DNA from: Eledone cirrhosa
Taxonomy: Eukaryota
Length of the DNA stretch: 64,000 nt
Assembly (NCBI GenBank): GCA_964016885.1
Contig: OZ024746.1
Coordinates: 24,490,001-24,554,000, forward strand
Reading direction: 5' to 3'
Under the pieces are notes generated by a model. That model saw only the letters and a program-made list of their open reading frames with translations. It was not told the origin of the DNA and made no database searches. A program made the position numbers and the translations under genes. This document shows positions 54,987-64,000 of this stretch, piece after piece (positions within the stretch are counted from its first letter, which is position 1; each line of letters starts with the position of its first letter).

Positions 54987-56102
54987 ATAATGATATATAA
55001 GATATATGATATACCCTGAGATGTTAAATGGTTAAGATTTAATCAAGGTAGTGATTAACCCAAGAGAAAATTTCTTGATTACGTACACTCTGAACTACGA
55101 ATAAATAATGCATTTACACCCCGTTATATATAGGTGTTTATTTACCCGTAACATGCCTCAATTTATTTTTATTTTTCGTCATCATTTACCTAAAATATAC
55201 TGGATCAATAATATATATCTATATACGTAATCGTTATTTAAATATTTCTAACAATAAATACTTCAGAAGCTTTACATACCTAATATGTTGATATTTTGGT
55301 TAAAGAATAATTAATACATTTACACCCAGTTATACATAGGTGTATATTTAACCTTAACATGCCTCAATCTATTATCTTATTTTATTTTATTTTTATCTTA
55401 TTTTATATTTATCTTCGTCGTTATTATTTACCTAAAATATACGAGGTCATTAATATATACCTATAATCGTTATTTAAATATTTATAACAATAAGTAATTC
55501 AAAAACTTTACATACCTAATATGTTGGTATCTTTGTTAAAGTTTAAACTTGGGTAAATAATCAACAGTATAATATTTCATTGTTTATGTGCCAGCTAAAT
55601 CCTTTAAATGTTACCCTCACAAAATTCAGAAGCTTAGAAATTATCGAATTTATCGAATTTATAAAAATAATATATAAATAACCAGCAAATAATCCTAAAA
55701 TCTGGAGTCTTCACCCTAATATTATAAATTATAAATTAAATATTTTCAAATTTAACCGTTTAACTTTCGGAAAAAATCTCCTTCTGCATATATCACCCCC
55801 CCCCCCCCCCCCTTATCTTTCCCTCTTTAAAAATCCTTTTCCAGCGGCTATCAGTGGCTATCACTGATTCATGAGATGTTTTCTTAGATATATCGTAGTA
55901 TCATACATTTTAAAATCTCTAGAACAGTTACAGTAAGCAACGTTTTTCTTACTCACACATTCTTTAATGAATTTATTACGTTTTCGCATTTTCTCATAAT
56001 TAGGCTATATATGTAAAATTTTCTCTTGGGTTAATCATTACCTTGATTAAATCTTAACCATTTAACATCTCAGGGTATGTCATATATCTTATATATCATT
56101 AT

Positions 56103-56155
56103 ATTTTGTCTGATGAGGACGTACTGTTGTACATCCGAAATATGTATAATAGAAT
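56103..56155 (+). ncRNA. Type I hammerhead ribozyme (mirror copy)
   Basis: AUUUUGU CUGAUGA GGACGUAC UGUU GUACAUCC GAAA UAUGUA UA AUAGAAU. Confidence 0.82.
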
Positions 56156-56195
56156 GTAATTGATCAAAAAAACATCTATTTTATTAATATTTATA

Positions 56196-56287
<92 letters not shown>

Positions 56288-57215
56288 CATATATCATTTA
56301 ATTTGAATTATTGATACTCTAGACAAACGTCCAATGAGCTTTTATACATATATATGTTATGATACCTTAACTTAGTATATAAATATAATCAATTTAAACG
56401 TCCGTGTAGAGCTAATAAGACATGACAGACTAGGTGGGGTATCTAGTATTCGATACAGTAAATAAATATAAACAAGTGAGATATAAAAACAAAGAAACAT
56501 GTGAAAAAAAATAGGTGAAAAACAAAGGCAGCTATAATGTAGCTAAATGTTTTTGTTGTTGATTCTTTTCATACTCTCAAAGATGTTGTTTATAGTTTGG
56601 TGGATTGTTTACAATATATTGCACCTCTAATGTTGATAGTTTTTTTTTAATGATCAGCTTTGAGGAGTCCCCTCTCGCAGACTATTGTCAATGTACTTCT
56701 GAGAAGTCTTCACAAGAACATAGAGTTGATTCTCTACGACCTTTTCGTGATAAAATATTGTCCAGTTTCCGTCCACCAAATTCCACTCGAGTCTATAGTA
56801 GAGGACACTTTCCCAAGGTCCCGCGTAGCAGGAATGAACCCAGAATTATGTGATTGCGAAGCGAATTCCTTAAGCACACACCAATATCTGTTCCTATTAT
56901 CATTGTTGTCAATTATTAGAGCTTTAATGCGGCACATTTTCAGTGTTAAAACGAACAGGCTTTTCTGTTGATCCCATCAACTGAAACACTCGTCGTCGTA
57001 ATCGACGGAGATCCAAGAAATTATAAAGGAAACAGAGTGTGATAATCACACAAAGCTATTTATTAACATGCATAGCAATGTGACAGCTTCCCTGCTATGG
57101 TGTGACAATTCTCTATAGACTTCCACCCACCCAAGAAATTTGTCAATTTAGAGACACCCCCTACACCTCGAGGATTCTTTTCCTGTCATCTACCACTTTC
57201 TGTACAATACGAACG

Positions 57216-57501
57216 TCATTATCATCATCATCATCATCATCGTCATCATCATCACCTCCACCATCACATTCATCAACACCACCACCATCACCATCATATT
57301 CGCTACCACCACCACCATCACCACGATCATATTCCTCACCACCAACACCAACACCACCACCACCATCACCGTCATGAACATCATCATTATAACCACCACC
57401 ACCATCACCATCATCATCATCATAACCACCACCACCGTTATCATCATGATCATTATCATCATCACCATCATCATCACCACCATCATCATCATCAACATTA
57501 A

Positions 57502-57533
<32 letters not shown>

Positions 57534-57748
57534 ACATCACCGCCATCACCGCAACCACCACCACCACCACCATCATCAACAACATCACCGCCATCACCAC
57601 CACCACCACCACCAACACCACCACCATCATCAACAACATCACCGCCATCACCACAACCACCACCCCCACCACAACCACCACCGCCATCATCAGCAACATC
57701 ATCATCATCATCAACATCAACCCCACCATCACCACCACCACCGTCATC
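57216..57748. repeat. Mixed (CAT/CAC/AAC) triplet low-complexity tract
   Basis: Directly visible. Confidence 0.9.
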
Positions 57749-57956
57749 GTATCCTGTGAACCAATGTTATCGATTACACCCCAGAACAGGTGAGCCTGTA
57801 AATGTTAAACCAACAACCAATTAGACATACCAGACAAATTACACCCTAGCTGCCATCTACATCGACCACTCACTGTTTCTAATAAATATAAACTCTATAC
57901 TTCATGTATTTATTGCTTTTTTCTTTCATTTGTACAAATAGACATCTCTACATAAT

Positions 57957-58113
57957 TGTTGCTACTTTTGGCACAAAGCCAGCAATTATTCAGCCCATTA
58001 CTGGTACTTTATAAGTTAACCTCGGCGGGATTTCAACTCGGGCCGTAAAGGGACGTAGCTATGCTGTAAAGCATGGCGTCCGATCCTCTACCGATACTAC
58101 CAATCCACCGCCT
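57957..58113 (-). mobile_element. SINE with internal deletion and TSD
   Basis: TSD tctacataat at 57947-57956 and 58114-58123. Confidence 0.82.
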
Positions 58114-58276
58114 TCTACATAATGGCTGCCTAAATACGCACGTGATTTCCTCCTGCAAAAATGGTTTCCCGTTTCATCCTCTTCTTATCTCGTCTATCTT
58201 TTCATTTCTTCTTCTAGATCTCCTTTCCGATGAGAGATAAACGTCCGAAACTTTAAGACTCTAATATGTATGTAAG

Positions 58277-58333
<57 letters not shown>

Positions 58334-58709
58334 TTCTTTATTAGCCACAAGGGCGCAACAAGAAAAGGGGACAATACAAAGATAGATAGATAGATAGATA
58401 GATAGATCTACATATATATACTTTTTATACTAAACGGGCAAAAATAACAAGGAATGAACCAAGTCAGCAGATCGGAACACGAGTATAATGCTTCCGTTGG
58501 GCTTCCCATTGTTGACATTATTTGTGTCACAATTCCTGGTAGATTTGAACTCGGAACAGATGAGTTGCCGTAAAGATATCTGACCCTTTAACAATAAATA
58601 TATAAGTGTGTGTGTGTGAATAAAATATGATTGTAAACAAATTTATGATCATATGTTTATATAAATATATATTTATATATATATATATATATATGTGTGT
58701 GCGTGTGCG

Positions 58710-58748
<39 letters not shown>

Positions 58749-58933
58749 GTGTGTGTGTATATATATATAGAGAGAGATATAGATAGATAGATAGATAGAT
58801 AGTAGATATATGTACGTATGTATGTATTTTTATATTTATATAAAGAGAGGGTGCGAGAAATGTGTGTATGTGGAGCAACAAAGGGTATTGTAGACACACC
58901 TCTAAGATTTTATTATTTACATATATATGATGC

Positions 58934-58964
<31 letters not shown>

Positions 58965-59107
58965 TATATAATGTACTGTACATACATGCATATGTACATA
59001 CATACATGTATACGTACATACATACCTATATACATGTATATCTATCTATATATATATATATATATATATATATAGGTATATCTATCTATTGGTGTGTGTG
59101 TCTGTGT

Positions 59108-59154
<47 letters not shown>

Positions 59155-59414
59155 GTTCACGATAAAACATGTTGAGAAATGTCTATATTTTGCATGTTTT
59201 CTTCAGTTTTCTTCAGTTCTTCAGTATTTTTCTTTCAGGAGTTTCTGAAAATATCCAAAATTGTTGTAAACAACATTTTCGTTGCCTTTTAAAGAAAGTG
59301 AAGTAAAAGCTGATATAAAAGTTGTATACAATATAATATATATACTGGCAATAAATACATACACGGCATACTTTTACATTCTCGTATATACAATAAATAG
59401 AAACAACGCATAGC

Positions 59415-59548
<134 letters not shown>

Positions 59549-59863
59549 ATATATATATATTTGTATATGTGCTACAATGTATGTAGATGTTATGTAGATA
59601 CAGATGGGAGAGACATAGATATGGAGAGGGGGAGAGTTTGGTTTTAGTAGATACAGTCTACACACGCACATATATGTCTGTGTTTGTGTGTGTATGTACT
59701 TGATGGGCGGCGTTGCACTTGCAGCAAGGACACCCTAAAAAAAAATGGGATATTGGAACTTGGATGCCACAGATATCAGAAACCAATAACGAATAAGTAT
59801 CTATTCCGACAATCGAACGTCTCAATCAGCGGGATAGTCTGATCTGATTAATGGCAGTATATA

Positions 59864-60076
59864 CATGGTGTTTCAAAAAATTTAATATCATTTGAGATGT
59901 AAATATCCCAGAAATATCCCAGATCTAGGACAACGAGACTAAGCAGGCTCCATGTTGAGTAACACAAGATTTATTCCTCAAAACATGTCCACGTTATAAC
60001 ATTAATTCGCAATATATATTTCAATGTGACAACCTTGGGAACAGGCCATTGATATCAAATTTTTTGAAACACCCTG
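59864..60076. mobile_element. Tc1/mariner-type MITE
   Basis: 27-bp TIRs CATGGTGTTTCAAAAAATTTAATATCA / CAGGGTGTTTCAAAAAATTTGATATCA (2 mismatches), TA on both sides, non-coding. Confidence 0.8.
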
Positions 60077-60534
60077 TAATATAAATATAACTCATAATGT
60101 AAATATCAAAGATTAATTTGGCTTTGGTATTCTCGGGCTTAAGAGACGAATTGCTATAATGTTTAGAACGTCGGATAGAATGCTTTGCTTAATTCGCTCC
60201 GGTTTTCTAAACTCTGTGTTCAAATACCACGATCAACTTTGCCTTTCATCCTCTCGAAGTCGATCAGTAAGTACTAGTTCAATAAATCTTACAGCCGATT
60301 CTTCCTCTTTCTCATTTCCCCTCTCGTCCTTATAATTTCTCAGGAAAAAATTGGTTTAAATGTCCATCACACGCGGTATGTAACGATGGTGCTCCTACAA
60401 CTCCATAAGGAGTTAACGACATATATATGCATTATCGGGCTTAATTTCTTTTATTAGGTATTTCCTAAAAAAGGTCTTAGAATACCGGACACAAATTCAT
60501 TGAGGTTGCTTTTCGGGTGGTTTAATAATGGTCT

Positions 60535-61403
60535 ATGACTTAGGCACAAGGCCAATAATTTGGGGGGAGGGGAAAATCAATTAAATCGACCACAGTACGT
60601 TACTAGTACTTCATTTTATCGATCCCGTAAGGATGAATGGCAAAGCTAACCTCGGCAGGATTTGAACTCAGAACGTAAATGGACGTAACAATATGCCGCA
60701 AAGCATGTTGTCTGACGCCCTACCGATATTGCCAATTCCCCGCCCTTTGGTTTCTGATTTAAACACAAGGCCAACAATTTAGGGGGAAGGGAAACTCGAT
60801 TAAATCAAGTTCGTTATTGGTATCTCACTTTATCGACCCCGTAAGGATGAATGGCAAAGCTAATCTCGATGGGATTTGAATTCAAAACGTAGATCGATGT
60901 AACTCTATGCCACAAAGCCTGTTTTCCGATGCTCTGCCGATACTGCCAATCCATTGCCCCTAAGGGGTTAAATAATGATTTCTGATTTAGGCACAAGGCC
61001 AGCAATTTGAAGGAGAAGGGAAAGTCGATTAAATCGACCCCAGTGCTTACTGGTACTTTATTTTATCCACCCCGTAAGGATGAATGGCAAAGTTAACCTC
61101 GACGGGATTTGAACTCAGATCATAAAGGTGATGCTGCAAAGCATGGTGTCCGACGCTCTACCGATACTGCCAATCCACCGCCCTACCAATACTGCCAATT
61201 AAGGGGTTAAATAATTGTTTCTATTTTAGGCACAAGGCCAGCAATTATCCAGTACATTACTGGTACTTTATTTTATCGACCCCGTAAGGATGAAAGGCAA
61301 AGTTAACCTCGGCGGGGATTTGAACTCAGATCATAAAGGGACGTAACTCTATGCTTCAAAGCATGGTGTCTGACTCTCTACCGATACTGCCAATCCACCG
61401 CCA
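60535..61403 (-). mobile_element. Four tandem co-oriented SINE copies
   Basis: About 60535-60745, 60749-60960, 60978-61183 and 61211-61403; aaggggttaaataat recurs at about 60962, 61201 and 61467. Confidence 0.85.
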
Positions 61404-61622
61404 GGGGAGGAGAGAGTTAGTTAGGTAGTAGTACTAGTAGTAGTAGTAGTAGCAGAAGAAATGGCAAAGGGGTTAAATAATGAAATTGTATTTCATTATA
61501 TTGTATTTCCCAGAACAGTGATATTATTTTAGCACATAAAGTTGAGATAAATAATCGTTTTACATAGAAGTTAAATTTATATAATTTAAAATTATAATCA
61601 CATACACGTTCAAATAGCATAA

Positions 61623-61712
<90 letters not shown>

Positions 61713-61998
61713 CCAATATAGACATTTAAAAACATCAACAGAAGAAACATAACTAGCAAGATCAACTACTATAACTACCACCACCACCACCACCACCACC
61801 ACCACAGCGACCACTATCACCACCACTACTCCCACCACCACCACCTACAGTACCACCGCTACCACAACCACCACTACCACCTCTACCACCAGTACCATTA
61901 CGTCTATCATACACTATAGATTCATTAACAATACACCAGTCCCTTTCCGTAATCAATAAATTACTGGGATGAATTATCCAATCATTTGAAGCAGTAGG

Positions 61999-61999
<1 letters not shown>

Positions 62000-62060
<61 letters not shown>

Positions 62061-62137
62061 ATGGTGGTGGTGGTGACGGTGGTGGTGGTGGTGGTGGTGG
62101 TGGTGGTGGTGGTGGTGGTGGTGGTGGTATCAGCAAC

Positions 62138-62205
<68 letters not shown>

Positions 62206-62215
62206 CAGCAGCAAC

Positions 62216-62278
<63 letters not shown>

Positions 62279-62296
62279 GGTGGTGGCAGCAGCAAC

Positions 62297-62329
<33 letters not shown>

Positions 62330-62365
62330 GATGGCAGCAGCAACAGTAGTAGCATTAGTAGTAGT

Positions 62366-62403
<38 letters not shown>

Positions 62404-62410
62404 TAATAAT
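62000..62410. repeat. Compound (TAG)n/(TGG)n/(CAG)n microsatellite
   Basis: Directly visible. Confidence 0.9.
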
Positions 62411-62721
62411 AAGTTGATTAAGTTTAAAGTTAATGTGGTATAAATATAATCGAACAAAGACAAGATCCAACGTCTGTTTTGTTCCTGCCACAATAGCTCC
62501 ATACAAAGACAACACTACATGCAGACGTGGAAGAACCTCATCAAGATTCTCAATAAACCAATCACATCATTAATAAGTGTTCAATAAGTTAGTAAATTGC
62601 CAATACGTACAAATTTTCTTCTATTGTTTTATTTTAACTAGTCAGCATTCGCACGTACAATAACAATATGGCGTTGTAAAGTGGCATCACACATACCATT
62701 AGCTTTATTGTCATTATCCCT

Positions 62722-64000
62722 ATTATTATCTACAGTATTATCTACAGTATTATCTACAGTATTATGTATAGTATTATGTACAGTATTATGTATAGTATTA
62801 TGCATAGTATTATGTACAGTATTATGTATAGTATTATCTACAGCATTATCTACAGTATTATCTATAGTATTATGTATAGTATTATCTACAGTATTATGTA
62901 TAGTATTATGTATAGTATTATGTATAGTATTATCTACAGCATTATCTACAGCATTATCTACAGTATTATGTATAGTATTATCTACAGTATTATGTATAGT
63001 ATTATGTATAGTATTATGTATAGTATTATCTACAGCATTATCTACAGTATTATCTATAGTATTATGTACAGTATTATGTATAGTATTATCTACAGTATTA
63101 TCTACAGTATTATCTATAGTATTATGTACAGTATTATGTATAGTATTATCTACAGTATTATGTATAGTATTATGTATAGTATTATGTATAGTATTATCTA
63201 CAGCATTATCTACAGTATTATCTACAGTATTATGTATAGTATTATGTATAGTATTATCTACAGTATTATGTATAGTATTATGTATAGTATTATGTATAGT
63301 ATTATCTACAGTATTATCTACAGTATTATCTATAGTATTATGTACAGTATTATGTATAGTATTATCTACAGTATTATGTATAGTATTATGTATAGTATTA
63401 TGTATAGTATTATGTATAGTATTATCTACAGCATTATCTACAGTATTATGTATAGTATTATGTATAGTATTATGTATAGTATTATGTATAGTATTATCTA
63501 CAGCATTATCTACAGTATTATGTATAGTATTATGTATAGTATTATCTACAGTATTATCTACAGTATTATCTACAGTATTATGTATAGTATTATGTATAGT
63601 ATTATGTATAGTATTATCAGCATTATCTACAGTATTATGTATAGTATTATCTACAGTATTATGTATAGTATTATGTATAGTATTATGCATAGTATTATCT
63701 ACAGTATTATCTACAGTATTATCTACAGTATTATGTATAGTATTAAGCATAGTATTATGTACAGTATTATGTATAGTATTATCTACAGTATTATGTATAG
63801 TATTATGTATAGTATTATGCATAGTATTATCTACAGTATTATGTATAGTATTATCTACAGTATTATGTATAGTATTAAGCATAGTATTATCTACAGTATT
63901 ATGTATAGTATTATGTATAGTATTATGCATAGTATTATCTACAGTATTATCTACAGTATTATCTACAGTATTATGTATAGTATTAAGCATAGTATTATCT
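62722..64000. repeat. 12-bp satellite (AGTATTATGTAT / AGTATTATCTAC variants), about 105 copies, runs off the window
   Basis: 12-bp periodicity visible throughout. Confidence 0.95.

Larger units (their letters stand above)
54790..56204 (+). mobile_element. Non-coding 5'-truncated PLE-type insertion: inverted pLTR, about 950 bp AT-rich body, pLTR
   Basis: 54885-55073 is the reverse complement of 56017-56204; internal direct duplication about 55108-55300 vs 55316-55540; (TA)n on both sides. Confidence 0.82.

Overview
This is a eukaryotic (animal), AT-rich, repeat-saturated window with no supportable host protein-coding gene. Almost all listed ORFs are translations of (TA)n, (CA)n, (GA)n or triplet microsatellites. 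The repeat landscape looks like an octopus/cephalopod genome, which is an inference and not proven. The dominant signal is a Penelope-like retroelement (PLE)/hammerhead-ribozyme system with four parts. (1) A head-to-tail array of 11 apparently identical 310-bp units (12138-15635), each carrying a complete minimal type I hammerhead on the minus strand. It ends in an inverted terminal piece and is embedded in (TA)n, as expected for a non-LTR retrozyme. (2) Two PLE RT/GIY-YIG remnants (16096-18710 +, 26428-28085 -). (3) At least ten further hammerheads or hammerhead remnants from several distinct families, mostly in inverted pseudo-LTR pairs between (TA)n tracts. (4) A shared ACTC...GAGT(G/A)CT hairpin about 20-60 nt downstream of hammerheads from otherwise unrelated families. 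Also present are more than 25 tRNA-derived SINE copies (several with target-site duplications and tandem pile-ups), RTE, L1/Tx1-like and RLE-type LINE fragments, a Tc1/mariner-type MITE, a 5-kb 70-bp minisatellite and a 12-bp satellite. All RNA folds were derived by eye, and activity is untested.
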